Shown: piece by piece, positions 29,192 to 39,364 of the stretch
How positions within the stretch are numbered: the first letter of the stretch is position 1
How the letters are laid out: every line of letters starts with the position of its first letter
Source of the DNA: an uncultured candidate division Zixibacteria bacterium
GTDB lineage: Bacteria > Zixibacteria > MSB-5A5 > UBA10806
Length of the DNA: 64,000 nucleotides
Reading direction: 5' to 3'
Assembly (NCBI GenBank): GCA_963801605.1
Contig: CAWDFP010000006.1
Span: 1,184,001 to 1,248,000 of the forward strand
Notes under the pieces: model-generated
Seen by the model: the letters and a program-made list of their open reading frames with translations, nothing else
Told to the model about the DNA's origin: nothing
Databases searched by the model: none
Position numbers and translations under genes: made by a program

Positions 29192-30483
29192 ACTGGATAG
29201 ATCAGTACCAGCGCAAGAGAACTACTGCCGAAGAAGCGGTGAAATGTATAAAATCGGGTGATCGCGTCTTCATTCATCCCGGTTGCTGCACGCCTGAGTA
29301 TCTTATATCAGCGATGGTTGCCCGCAAGGATGAACTTGAAAATGTCGAGGTTTGCCATATCCTTACCGCCGGAAAGGCCGGCTATGCCGCTCCCGGTATG
29401 GAAAAACATTTCAGGCACCGTTCATTTTTTACAGGCGGTAACGTTCGCGAGGCTATCAACGCCGGCCGTGCCGATCAGATGCATATATTTCTTGGCGAGG
29501 TCGAGGATCTTTATCTATCCGGTCAATTGCCGATTGATATAGCTCTAATACAGGTCAGCCCGCCGGACGAGCATGGTTTTCTCTCCTATGGCGTGGGTGT
29601 GGAAGTTACGATGTCGGCGGCACAAGTTGCCAAGACCGTCATTGCGCAGGTCAATCCGCAAATGCCCAGAGTACACGGCGATTGCTTCATTCATATCAAC
29701 AAGATTACTCACATCGTCGAGCATGACGCTCCGTTGCTTGAGATGCCGCAAGGCACAATCGATGAAACCTCGCGGCGGATCGGAGAGCTTATTGCGGAGC
29801 GTATTGAGGACGGCTCTACGCTTCAAATGGGGATTGGCTCTATTCCCGACGCTTTTCTGGTGGCCCTTGAAGGCCGTCGCGATATGGGTATCCATTCAGA
29901 GATGTTTTCGGATGGAATCATTCCGTTAGTCGAATCGGGAGTTATAAATAATTCAAAAAAAACGCTTCATCCAGGGAAGATTGTCTCAGCATTTATCCTG
30001 GGTACCAAAAAGATTTTCGATTTCTGCCACGATAATCCGATTATCGAGCTGCACCCCTGTAAATATACGAATAACCCTTTTGTTATCTGTCAGAACGAAA
30101 AAATGGTATCTATAAACTCTGCCTTGGGAATCGACCTGACGGGTCAGATTTTCGCCGATTCATTGGGATTTAGCTTCTATTCCGGATTTGGCGGCCAGGT
30201 CGATTTCGTCCGAGGGGCAGCGAGGTCTAAAGGCGGTAAACCGTTTCTGGCGTTTCCAGCCACCGCAAAGGATGGCACCGTCAGCCGGGTTGTTCCTTTT
30301 ATCCCTCCGGGTACCGGTGTGACCACAACCCGGGCCGATGTGCATTGGGTGGTAACCGAATTCGGAGCGGTTAATCTTCATGGCAAAAGCGTCCGCGAAC
30401 GCATCATTGAACTCGTCAGCATTGCCGATCCCAAATTTCGCGATGAGCTTATGCGTTTTGCCCACGATAAAAAGTATATTTGA
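29188..30483 (+). CDS. Acetyl-CoA hydrolase/transferase family (4-hydroxybutyrate CoA-transferase-like)
   Basis: LQMGIGSIP, HSEM (catalytic Glu), SGFGGQVDF, VVTEFG. Confidence 0.93.
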   Translation: MNWIDQYQRKRTTAEEAVKCIKSGDRVFIHPGCCTPEYLISAMVARKDELENVEVCHILTAGKAGYAAPGMEKHFRHRSFFTGGNVREAINAGRADQMHIFLGEVEDLYLSGQLPIDIALIQVSPPDEHGFLSYGVGVEVTMSAAQVAKTVIAQVNPQMPRVHGDCFIHINKITHIVEHDAPLLEMPQGTIDETSRRIGELIAERIEDGSTLQMGIGSIPDAFLVALEGRRDMGIHSEMFSDGIIPLVESGVINNSKKTLHPGKIVSAFILGTKKIFDFCHDNPIIELHPCKYTNNPFVICQNEKMVSINSALGIDLTGQIFADSLGFSFYSGFGGQVDFVRGAARSKGGKPFLAFPATAKDGTVSRVVPFIPPGTGVTTTRADVHWVVTEFGAVNLHGKSVRERIIELVSIADPKFRDELMRFAHDKKYI

Positions 30484-30505
30484 TTGGACAATTATACAAA
30501 TGTCT

Positions 30506-30538
30506 GGCGTTAACTCCGCGTAGTTGACGCCTTTTTTT
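30506..30538 (+). terminator. Intrinsic terminator
   Basis: GGCGTTAACT/AGTTGACGCC stem plus T7. Confidence 0.85.
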
Positions 30539-30621
30539 ATATGGTACGCTATCGGTTCTCCAGGTCCGCCTGTCTCATTCAGCGCTTATCCATTTCTGCC
30601 GATAATATTATTGGAGGGATT

Positions 30622-30825
30622 ATGAATAAACGTCAACCTTTTGTGGAATTGGAATTATCGGGGGAGAAGCTTGATACCCTTGTTTATAGCTTAAGAGATA
30701 AATTATTGGGTGAATTCTGGGCGCACGTGCCCGATGGGGCTTACCGTAACGAAATTAAATCCCGCCTTGAACGGAATATAATGGCCGCTCTCGATTATGC
30801 TCCCGATGATATGGAGGCGACTTGA
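30622..30825 (+). CDS. Small hypothetical protein (67 aa)
   Basis: SD GGAGG before ATG 30622; helical, protein-like composition. Confidence 0.6.
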   Translation: MNKRQPFVELELSGEKLDTLVYSLRDKLLGEFWAHVPDGAYRNEIKSRLERNIMAALDYAPDDMEAT

Positions 30826-30945
30826 GCTTAGACTACTTCCAGATAATATTTTTTCACGGTGCCGGGTTACTGAATTCGGCACTTTTTTTTGCGCCAATTT
30901 ACTTGTCCTTGCAGGGAGTCTTTTCGACTGACGATGCAATCCCAT

Positions 30946-30974
30946 TTGACATTTGCCATGACATATTTTAATCT
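30946..30974 (+). promoter_or_regulatory. Sigma70 promoter, leaderless-type
   Basis: TTGACA-17 nt-TAATCT-6 nt-ATG(30981). Confidence 0.65.
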
Positions 30975-30980
30975 TACGGC

Positions 30981-31466
30981 ATGGATACAAAAGATACTTT
31001 GATTTCGGATTTTGCCAAGCTCTGGTTGGCGCATGACGGTCTCTGGTTCCAGGCGGTTGAAAACGCCTATGGTCTCGAAACCGCAATTAAGCTCGATACT
31101 GAGGCCTGGAGCAAGTTCTCTCCAATCGAGGCCAAGCGGATATTGGAACGGCTTGGAAAAGAGCCGGGGGGCGGCCTGGATCTTCTTGAGGAAGCCCTTG
31201 GCCAACGTCTCTATGCCTTTATTAATAAACAAAGGGTTGTCGAAAAAACCGATCATAAGATAGTGTTCGAGATGACCGCTTGCCGCGTTCAGGACGCTCG
31301 TCATCGCCGGGGACTGGAATCGTTTCCCTGCAAATCGGTTGGTATCGTTGAATATTCCACATTTGCGAAAACCATCGATCCCCGAATCGAAACCCGCTGC
31401 CTGCATTGCCCGCCTGATCCCTACAATGGCGAATACTGGTGCCGCTGGGAATTTGAGATAAAATAA
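30981..31466 (+). CDS. DUF6125-like Cys-containing protein
   Basis: WLAHDGLWFQAVE, CRVQ.AR...G...FPCK.VG, CLHCPPD..WC.WEF. Confidence 0.75.
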   Translation: MDTKDTLISDFAKLWLAHDGLWFQAVENAYGLETAIKLDTEAWSKFSPIEAKRILERLGKEPGGGLDLLEEALGQRLYAFINKQRVVEKTDHKIVFEMTACRVQDARHRRGLESFPCKSVGIVEYSTFAKTIDPRIETRCLHCPPDPYNGEYWCRWEFEIK

Positions 31467-31707
31467 TATTTTTTGGCGACTCCCATTATAGGTTTCCCGC
31501 TCAATAAAGAATAAGATATAATCGTTGTAATGCAGGATAGAAAGTCTATTTTGGATGATTTCTGTTATTTGGATACTTCTTTTGCTCATAAAATATAGTC
31601 TCAAATTCTTCTTGACAGCATTCTCCATTCTTCTTTATATGCCCCAGATTTTGGAATTTACGGACCTCGAAATTTGATCGGGGAACCGTCTGAGTGTGGG
31701 AGGTAAA

Positions 31708-31890
31708 TTGGCTTACATCATTACCAACGATTGCATCATGTGCGATGCCTGCTTGCCGGAATGTCCGGAAAACGCGATCAGTGTCGGTGATCCGGTCTAT
31801 ATCATCAGTCCTTCTTTATGCACCGATTGCGGAGAGTGCGCCGAGGTCTGCCCAACCGAGGCCTGTGTCCCCATGGACGATGAGGAATAA
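31708..31890 (+). CDS. 2x[4Fe-4S] ferredoxin
   Basis: Two CxxCxxCxxxCP motifs; SD GGAGG before TTG 31708. Confidence 0.95.
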   Translation: MAYIITNDCIMCDACLPECPENAISVGDPVYIISPSLCTDCGECAEVCPTEACVPMDDEE

Positions 31891-31930
31891 CGTTCAGTAA
31901 AAAAAGTAGTATCTTAAATAGATTTATGTA

Positions 31931-31968
31931 AACCGGAGGAGCCGGATGACTCACTCCGGTTCTTATTT
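31931..31968 (+). terminator. Intrinsic terminator after ferredoxin
   Basis: AACCGGAG/CTCCGGTT stem followed by CTTATTT. Confidence 0.65.
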
Positions 31969-32031
31969 GCTGGAAATATCCAGATATATTTTTTAGATTA
32001 TATCAATGAACAACTCGGGATTCGAAGAATA

Positions 32032-33903
32032 ATGATCTTAGCATCATTTTCGGCAGTAGATAAAGCTTTTCCGTCACGAACAGTCTTGAACGGAGCCGCC
32101 GGAGCCATCAAAAACGGCGACCGTATCGCTCTTTTAGGGATCAATGGTTCCGGCAAGACAACCCTGCTTGAAATCCTGGCCGGCCGAATCGATCCCGATA
32201 TGGGGATTGTCGAAATACCCAACGCCGTTCGCCGAGGCTACCTGCCTCAGGTTATCGAGGTTAACGGGGAGGAGGTTCTGTTGGAGTATGTCCTGGGCGG
32301 TTTGCAGCATCTTCTCGATATCAAAAGTCGGCTGGAGGAGATTCATGAGCTTCTGCCACACGATTCAGGAAATACGGCTCTGCTGAGCGAAATGGGCTCC
32401 CTGCAAAAAATCTTCGAATCGTCAGGCGGATACGATCTCGAATCAAGGGCAGCGGACGTTCTGCGCGGTCTGGGCTTCAAGGATAGCGAATTCGGCATGA
32501 AAGTAATCGAGCTTTCGGGCGGACAGCGCAACCGAGCCGCGCTGGCCCGTACTCTGATTGCCGCACCGGAGCTTATTCTTCTCGATGAGCCAACCAATCA
32601 TCTCGATATTTCCGGTCTGGAGTTTCTGGAATCGTATATGCGTTCGTTCCCCGGCGGAATCCTCTATGTTTCCCACGACCGTGCTTTCATTCAGAAAACC
32701 GCCACAGCTATTTGGGAATTGACCCTGGGCCGCATAGCCTCGTATCCGGGGGATTATGAAAATTATACCGTGGAACGCCAGAAGCGTCTGGAGACCATGT
32801 CCAAAACCTACGAGGCACAGCGCGATTTCATCCTGAAAACTGAGGATTTTATCAGGCGCAATATTTACGGGCAGAAAACGCGGCAGGCGCAATCGAGACG
32901 AAAAATGCTCTCCAAGCTGGAGCGGCTGGAACGTCCGCCGGGGGCAGCGGATGTTGCTCATATCAGGTTTTCGGGCGCCGATCGCTCTGCCCGGATAGTA
33001 GTGCAGTGCCAGTTGGCGGGCTTCGCATACTCCGAAACGCCGATCTTGCGAGACCTTGATTTCGAAATCGAACGCGGTGACAGAATCGGCCTCGTCGGTC
33101 CTAACGGCTCCGGTAAAACTACGCTGATTAATCTTATCACCGGTAAACTTGCCCCTCAAACGGGTCGCCTTGAATTGGGCAAGAAACTTTCGATTGGTTA
33201 CTATGACCAGCTAACCGAAAACCTCAATCCGGATTCAACCCCGCTGGCTACGCTCTGGGAAATAAAGCCAGAATATAATGAGGGCCAGGTACGCTCTTAT
33301 CTGGCCAGGTTTCTTTTCCGTGGCGACGATGTTTTCCGCACAATTGATTCCTTTTCTGGTGGAGAACAGTCCCGTTTGGCTCTGGCTCGTTTGATAGCGA
33401 CTGCTCCCAACTTCCTGGTGCTTGACGAGCCGACCAACCATCTCGATATACCGTCCCGAGAAGCTCTGGAATTAGCTCTGGCTGAATATGATGGCACCAT
33501 CCTGTGTGTTTCGCATGACCGCTATTTCCTGGATCATTTTGCAGAGAAGATTTTCGCTCTTGAAAACGGTACCGTTAAAATTTATTTGGGCGATTTTTCC
33601 GAATATCGAGAAAAGATTCGAGCTGCACAGGAGCAAATCAAACCTCAATCGGTGAAAACGCAGTCGCAACAGGAAGTGTCAGCCAAGCCCCGTGAGAAAC
33701 GGATAAACCCGATTATCATTCAAAAACTCGATTCCGAGATTGCCTCGTTAGAGGAAAAAATCGTGGAAACTGAAATCACCCTGACCGCCTCAGAGACATC
33801 CACGGACTGGCAGCGTCTGGCGGTGCTTCTTAACGAACGGGACCAGCTATATGACGATCTTGAGCGGCTATATCAAAAGAAAAATGAACTTTTAGGTTCC
33901 TGA
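32032..33903 (+). CDS. ABC-F family ATPase (Uup/YheS-like)
   Basis: Two ABC cassettes (GINGSGKT, LSGGQ, LDEPTNHLD twice), no TM, C-terminal coiled coil. Confidence 0.94.
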   Translation: MILASFSAVDKAFPSRTVLNGAAGAIKNGDRIALLGINGSGKTTLLEILAGRIDPDMGIVEIPNAVRRGYLPQVIEVNGEEVLLEYVLGGLQHLLDIKSRLEEIHELLPHDSGNTALLSEMGSLQKIFESSGGYDLESRAADVLRGLGFKDSEFGMKVIELSGGQRNRAALARTLIAAPELILLDEPTNHLDISGLEFLESYMRSFPGGILYVSHDRAFIQKTATAIWELTLGRIASYPGDYENYTVERQKRLETMSKTYEAQRDFILKTEDFIRRNIYGQKTRQAQSRRKMLSKLERLERPPGAADVAHIRFSGADRSARIVVQCQLAGFAYSETPILRDLDFEIERGDRIGLVGPNGSGKTTLINLITGKLAPQTGRLELGKKLSIGYYDQLTENLNPDSTPLATLWEIKPEYNEGQVRSYLARFLFRGDDVFRTIDSFSGGEQSRLALARLIATAPNFLVLDEPTNHLDIPSREALELALAEYDGTILCVSHDRYFLDHFAEKIFALENGTVKIYLGDFSEYREKIRAAQEQIKPQSVKTQSQQEVSAKPREKRINPIIIQKLDSEIASLEEKIVETEITLTASETSTDWQRLAVLLNERDQLYDDLERLYQKKNELLGS

Positions 33904-34031
33904 TAATTGCAATTAGCATTTTCAGTTAATTTTTTATATAATATTAAATTAAGTCGCCTCAGAGATTGGGCTCTAATAAGGTTTTGTAGTCGTTTTGATC
34001 GAATAAATGGTGATTGTGAAAGGTGGGAATA

Positions 34032-35135
34032 ATGATCGATCCGCGAATTACCAGGCTGGCCGAGGTTCTACTCGGCTATTGTGTCAAACTAAAAAAAGAT
34101 CAGCTTGTTGTCATCAACAGCACAGAGTTAGCCGCGCCGCTGGTGCGTGAACTTTATAAAAAAGCCCTTCGGATGGGAGCTCATCCTTACACCAGGATCG
34201 CTATCGAAGGTATTGAGGAGATCTATTATAAATATTCCTCGCTTGAACAACTTAAGTACATTTCTCCTATAAGTAAATTCGAGATAGAGAAAATTGACGC
34301 CGCGGTCGGAATCATGTCAATCTATAACACTCGTTCACTAACTAATATTGATCCTCAAAAGCAGGCTATTTCGCATAAAGCGTCAGCGTCATTAATGAAA
34401 CGATATATGGAACGGGCCGCTAAGGGACAGCTCAATTGGGTAGGTTGCCTGTATCCGACCTATGCCTCGGCTCAGGACGCTGGTATGTCGCTGGTCGATT
34501 ACGAGGATTTCGTGTTTGGCGCCTGCGCGCTCGATAAAAAAGATCCGGTTGCCGAATGGAAGAAGATTTCAGCCTACAATCGCCGCATTGTCAATTATCT
34601 CAAGCGCAAAAAAGTGATCAGAATCAAGGCTCTTGATACGGATTTGACATACAATGTAGCCGGTCGTACCTGGATCAATTGCGATGGCGCCAATAATTTC
34701 CCCGATGGCGAAGTTTTTACGTCACCTCATGAGGATTCGGCAAATGGACATATCCGTTTCTCGTTTCCCGCCGAGTTTTCTGGTCGTGAGGCCGAGGATG
34801 TGCGTCTGGAGTTCAAGAACGGCAAAGCTATCAGCGCCAAAGCCGCTAAGGGCGAGGATTTCCTCAATGCCATGCTCGATGTCGATAAAGGCGCCCGTTT
34901 TTTGGGTGAGGTGGCTATAGGCACCAATTTTGGTATCAAGCAGTTTACCAGAAACACCTTATTCGATGAGAAGATCGGCGGTACGATTCACATGGCTCTG
35001 GGCCAGTCATATCCCGAATCCGGCGGTAAAAATCAATCCGGTATCCATTGGGACATGGTATGCGACCTTCGCAAGGGCGGCGAAATCTATGCGGATGGAG
35101 AATTGTTTTTCAAGAATGGCAAGTTTTTGAAATAG
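34032..35135 (+). CDS. M29 family aminopeptidase (AmpS/AmpT-like)
   Basis: NFPDGEVFTSP, LGEVAIG, LFDEK, HMALG, SGIHWD. Confidence 0.93.
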   Translation: MIDPRITRLAEVLLGYCVKLKKDQLVVINSTELAAPLVRELYKKALRMGAHPYTRIAIEGIEEIYYKYSSLEQLKYISPISKFEIEKIDAAVGIMSIYNTRSLTNIDPQKQAISHKASASLMKRYMERAAKGQLNWVGCLYPTYASAQDAGMSLVDYEDFVFGACALDKKDPVAEWKKISAYNRRIVNYLKRKKVIRIKALDTDLTYNVAGRTWINCDGANNFPDGEVFTSPHEDSANGHIRFSFPAEFSGREAEDVRLEFKNGKAISAKAAKGEDFLNAMLDVDKGARFLGEVAIGTNFGIKQFTRNTLFDEKIGGTIHMALGQSYPESGGKNQSGIHWDMVCDLRKGGEIYADGELFFKNGKFLK

Positions 35136-35156
35136 GGTATATCTGCGAATGTTTAT

Positions 35157-35192
35157 TGGCTGGCACACGTCCTCGTATGCCAGCCATTTGTT
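35157..35192 (+). terminator. Intrinsic terminator
   Basis: TGGCTGGCA/TGCCAGCCA stem plus TTTGTT. Confidence 0.65.
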
Positions 35193-35349
35193 ATGCGGTT
35201 GAATAAATCCTGATACGCCTTTGCCTGATAATTACCAGGCAATCCGATAAAAAAGATTGCCAAATCGTTCCTCACCCTATTAGTTTATCTATTGTCAAGT
35301 GATGGAAGTTAATATCCATTTAGAATAGGAATAGATACGGGAGGAGAAT

Positions 35350-36328
35350 ATGACACTGCTCTTATCGCGAAACGATGTGATGAAGGTCCTGGATATGCCG
35401 GATTGCATGAAAGTTGTTGAAAAGGCGTTTGGCGAACTGGCCTCCGGCACTGCGGTGCTGCCTCTGCGTATCAATATCACTCCGCCGGATGGTCTGGCTC
35501 TATATATGCCGGCATATCTTAAAGAAATGGGCGCATTGGCTTGTAAGGTCGTCACAGTCTATAAAAATAATCCTACCAGGCACAGCCTGCCCACCACAAT
35601 CGGTAAGGTGCTTCTGCAAAATCCTGAGACCGGCGATGTTATTTGCATTATGGATGGCGGTTACCTGACAGCGGTGCGTACCGGAGCGGTATCCGGAGTG
35701 GCAACGGAGTATTTGGCTCGCAAGGACAAAGGCCAGGTGGCCGGAATTTTCGGGGCGGGTGTACAGGCCAGAGATGCAGCTATGGGCGGTGGCAATCGCC
35801 AGAGAAATTTCCAAAGCGTATGTCTATGATAAAATAGATGATTCCGCAATTAAGTTTGCCAAAGAAATGAGCGATAAGCTGAAAATTGATGTCATTAAAG
35901 TTGATTCGCCGGATAAAATTCTCACGGCCGATATAATTTGTGCTGCCACCTCATCGCCTACTCCCATTTTCGATGGTAAAAAAGTCAAAAACGGAACTCA
36001 TATAAATGGTATTGGCAGTCATACTCCTGGGGCCCGTGAGCTTGATGCCGAGATTATCAAGCGCTCCAAATTGGTAGCCGATTCCCGCGAGGCTTGCCTG
36101 AAAGAAGCTGGCGATATCATGATCCCGATCAAGGATGGCATAATTAACGAAAATCATATCTGGGCGGAATTGGGCGAGATTATCAATGGCAAAAAAGCCG
36201 GACGGGCAAACGATAATGAGATTACCCTGTTTAAATCTAACGGCCTGGCGATTCAAGATACCGCCACTGCCAAACTCGTCTATGATAAAGCCCGAGTCGC
36301 CAGAATCGGTACTAATGTAGAAATCTGA
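35350..36328 (+). CDS. Ornithine cyclodeaminase/mu-crystallin family protein (frameshift about 35773)
   Basis: LYMPAY, KVVTVY..N, LTAVRTGA, GAGVQA, HINGIGS, FKSNGLAIQD over two frames. Confidence 0.9.
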
Positions 36329-36385
36329 TGATAGCTTAAATCCCGTAATAGATTTGATAATTCAATATCGTATGAGAATATCAGA

Positions 36386-37039
36386 ATGATCGATAAACGC
36401 AATCCGGGTGCAATTAGCTATTTCGATCGACGCATAGATGATTTCGACAGTATCTACCGTAGCGAGCGCACCGGTTTGATGGCCTGGCTGGATAAAACCT
36501 TGCGGGCCTCGGTGCGTGAACGATTTCAACTCGCTTTTGAACTCGCGGGAGACTTAAGCGGCAAATCGGTACTCGATATAGGTTGTGGCAGCGGGCGGTA
36601 TATGTTCGAGGCTGTACGGCGCGGCGCAATTGACGTAGTAGGTCTTGACGCAGCCCCCGGAGCCATTGACGCTGCCCGAAAATTCGCGGGTGAATTGCAG
36701 CTTGAAAAGAATGTCAAATTTATCCAATCAGATTTCATGGATTTGAAATTTGAACGTCAATACGACATTGTTTTCGCAGTCGGTTATTTTGATTATATTT
36801 TAGCTCCTCAGCCGCATCTTGAAAAAATGTTGGGACTATGTGATCAATTCCTGTTTGTTTCATTTCCGCGCCTCTGGCATCCAATGACCCCGGTCCGTAA
36901 AATCAGACTGGCGCTAAACAATTGTCCCGTAAGGTTTTATTCTCGCTGGCAAATCATGGAAATGATCCCAAAAACAGACTATAAAAAACTCGATCTGCGT
37001 ACCGTATCGCGCGATTTTACGTTAATTATAAAAAAATAA
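36386..37039 (+). CDS. Class I SAM-dependent methyltransferase
   Basis: VLDIGCGSG, VGLD, YDIVFAVGYFDY. Confidence 0.9.
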   Translation: MIDKRNPGAISYFDRRIDDFDSIYRSERTGLMAWLDKTLRASVRERFQLAFELAGDLSGKSVLDIGCGSGRYMFEAVRRGAIDVVGLDAAPGAIDAARKFAGELQLEKNVKFIQSDFMDLKFERQYDIVFAVGYFDYILAPQPHLEKMLGLCDQFLFVSFPRLWHPMTPVRKIRLALNNCPVRFYSRWQIMEMIPKTDYKKLDLRTVSRDFTLIIKK

Positions 37040-37091
37040 AAAATCCATACTGCCGTTATTCAGTCGGACTATTAATTACTATAATTTTAAT

Positions 37092-39272
37092 CTAAGGAAG
37101 TCGATACCGTTTGCGCAAAGCCCATTCGAGACATAGGCCTGCTAAAAGAAGGCCGAGGAGTAACGGCAATCCAAACGGTCTGATACTCGCCTGATTTTCC
37201 TTCACATAAGGAATAAGCTTCAGCTGTTCCGGGAATTTTTGAAAATCATCGGCACTATAAGCAATGGCGCCGGTAGCATCGGAAATGCGTCTGGTGAGAT
37301 TATAATCGGGGGCGCTTGACGCCATCTCCAAACTGAAGTTTTCTATTGTAAATTCCCCCGATGTCTTGCCAACCGTATCACCGTAACTTGTGGCGTAAGC
37401 TTTAAAGTTGTAATGCCCGGGTCCCAGAGAAGATATTTCTTCAGAATATATACCATTGTTTACTGGGGGCAGAACAATATCTTTTACACTGGTCTGTTGG
37501 CTATCGGGTAAAACCGAAATCGCGACATAGGCGCCATTTTTGGGACGATTAGCCTCATCATAGAGATAGCCCGTCAAGCGGACGGGCTCGCCCAGACGAT
37601 ACACTTTGCGGCCCGTAATAACCTTGAAATTCTGCATCTGGTCGGTGGCGGCCGACCACTTAACGAGATTTCGCCAGAAATTCGGAATTGCCCCTGCGAT
37701 CTTCTGATCACTGACTGAGCCGAAATAGCTCTGCCACCAGGGATATCCGGTGATTGCGGCCACTCGACCTTTGCCGTGCTGGGCGACTGTCAAAACAGGC
37801 TGTCCATCCAGCCTGGTCGGATTTGGTATTCTGATATTTAGAAGCGAATCATTTATGCTTATCCCGGCTTCCAAAAGAACAATTCCGGTAGGCTCGATTC
37901 CCGTGATGATATCTCTGAATGGCGGCAACGAATGCCAGAGTCGCGCGCTCTGATCGGGATCATCATTCATCAGAATTGCCGCATGCTGTTTTCGGGTTGG
38001 CGCCGGTTCGAAAGAATATTCGCTTTCTCTTATCTGAGGATTCGTTAGTTTTATCGGAAGCAGATCTCCAAACGCCTTTATATTATAAATTGCATTTGTG
38101 CCAGCCAGATAGATCAGGGAGCCGCCTTCATCGAGATATTTTCCAAGGTCGGCCGTGGAGATATGTAAATCGCCGGGAGCGCTGTTTACAAGAATTATTG
38201 TATCATACTTTTTTAGGCCCTCAAGCCCGCGAAGAGTACCGGGTGATGCAAAATTCCCCGGAGCCAGCGAATAAACCGCGTCAATATCAAACTCCTCAAA
38301 TTTCGAAAGCGCCTGTTTTACAAATTTGAATTCCCAATTAAGAGCTGACGATCCTATGAAAAGTTTGAGCTTGTTTTTAAGCACGCGAATGGCGAAAATC
38401 CTATCATTGTCGACCTTATTGGTTTCGCCTTCGAGAATTGGAGTCGATACCGTATATTCGTAATTTCCCGGTTCAGGCGCTTTTAGATCGAAACTAACTT
38501 TAACTTTTCTGCCTTCCTGGGGGATATCGAAGGGCTTGTCCGATATCACGTTGGAACCAAGCTTGAGGAACACTCTTGATTTACCCGCTGGCAGACCCTC
38601 CGCCGAAAGTTCAGCTTCGATCTTTAAATCCGCTCCGCTATATGCTACGGCGGGGTAGATGGTGTTATCTATTGAAATATTTATTTCCGGTATTTGATGT
38701 CCGACCGTCAAGGTATAAACCGGCATGTTTAGCTTACTCGCCGCCGTAATTGGATCCTCGCCCAAATTCTGACGACCATCCGTTACAACTATGGCGGCGC
38801 CATAATTATCAATATCTTTTCTCGAGGCCAGATCCCGCAACGCGTTGGCAATCGAGGTAGCATCGCCCGTGAGGTCCGATTCGGCCGGAACGCCGTCCGC
38901 TTCCTTGATGCCTGTGGAAAAATCGAATATGTGGTGTTCCGCTTTTATATTCGCTAGCGCCTTCTGAGTTAATTCGCTTGCTTCCGCAATACGGCTCGTA
39001 GTTCCCTCTCTGACCCCCATGCTCTTGGAGATATCCATGAGGACCGCAATTTGAGGCTTGATGGTTTTGGTCGAATATAAATTTATCAGCGGCTCGATCA
39101 GGAAAATTCCCAATAGCAGCAGCATAACTGATCTCAGGGCGGCCAGGAAGAATTTTTGAGCTTTTCCCAGCGGAGGAAAGCTGCTACGATACGAAATTAT
39201 TCCAATCGCGATGGCTATAATTGTAAGAAGTATATACCAGATGATGTGATGAGAGATTAACTGGATTTCCAT
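37092..39272 (-). CDS. Membrane-anchored vWA-domain protein with Ig-like and GATase-like regions
   Basis: Two N-terminal TMs, MIDAS DISKS..T..TDG, GKGRV, C-terminal TM ending LEWALRKR. Confidence 0.8.
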   Translation of the reverse strand: MEIQLISHHIIWYILLTIIAIAIGIISYRSSFPPLGKAQKFFLAALRSVMLLLLGIFLIEPLINLYSTKTIKPQIAVLMDISKSMGVREGTTSRIAEASELTQKALANIKAEHHIFDFSTGIKEADGVPAESDLTGDATSIANALRDLASRKDIDNYGAAIVVTDGRQNLGEDPITAASKLNMPVYTLTVGHQIPEINISIDNTIYPAVAYSGADLKIEAELSAEGLPAGKSRVFLKLGSNVISDKPFDIPQEGRKVKVSFDLKAPEPGNYEYTVSTPILEGETNKVDNDRIFAIRVLKNKLKLFIGSSALNWEFKFVKQALSKFEEFDIDAVYSLAPGNFASPGTLRGLEGLKKYDTIILVNSAPGDLHISTADLGKYLDEGGSLIYLAGTNAIYNIKAFGDLLPIKLTNPQIRESEYSFEPAPTRKQHAAILMNDDPDQSARLWHSLPPFRDIITGIEPTGIVLLEAGISINDSLLNIRIPNPTRLDGQPVLTVAQHGKGRVAAITGYPWWQSYFGSVSDQKIAGAIPNFWRNLVKWSAATDQMQNFKVITGRKVYRLGEPVRLTGYLYDEANRPKNGAYVAISVLPDSQQTSVKDIVLPPVNNGIYSEEISSLGPGHYNFKAYATSYGDTVGKTSGEFTIENFSLEMASSAPDYNLTRRISDATGAIAYSADDFQKFPEQLKLIPYVKENQASIRPFGLPLLLGLLLAGLCLEWALRKRYRLP

Positions 39273-39286
39273 AAGCGGTGATCTCT

Positions 39287-39327
39287 AACAAAAGCGCCAC
39301 CCATCAGGTTTGGTGCGAGTGGCGTTT
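39287..39327 (-). terminator. Intrinsic terminator after polyprenyl synthase
   Basis: Minus strand AAACGCCAC...GTGGCGCTT followed by TTGTT. Confidence 0.6.
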
Positions 39328-39364
39328 CACGAAATCCTCATAAATCGAAACTTATTTACGCATA

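Noticed and set aside
30867..31628. 253-aa minus-strand ORF
   Set aside because: Antisense to the well-supported DUF6125-like gene; no motifs
32443..33159. Long antisense ORFs (also 55730-56353, 51694-52272, 2985-3527, 42201-42698)
   Set aside because: Shadow ORFs of conserved genes with no recognisable features
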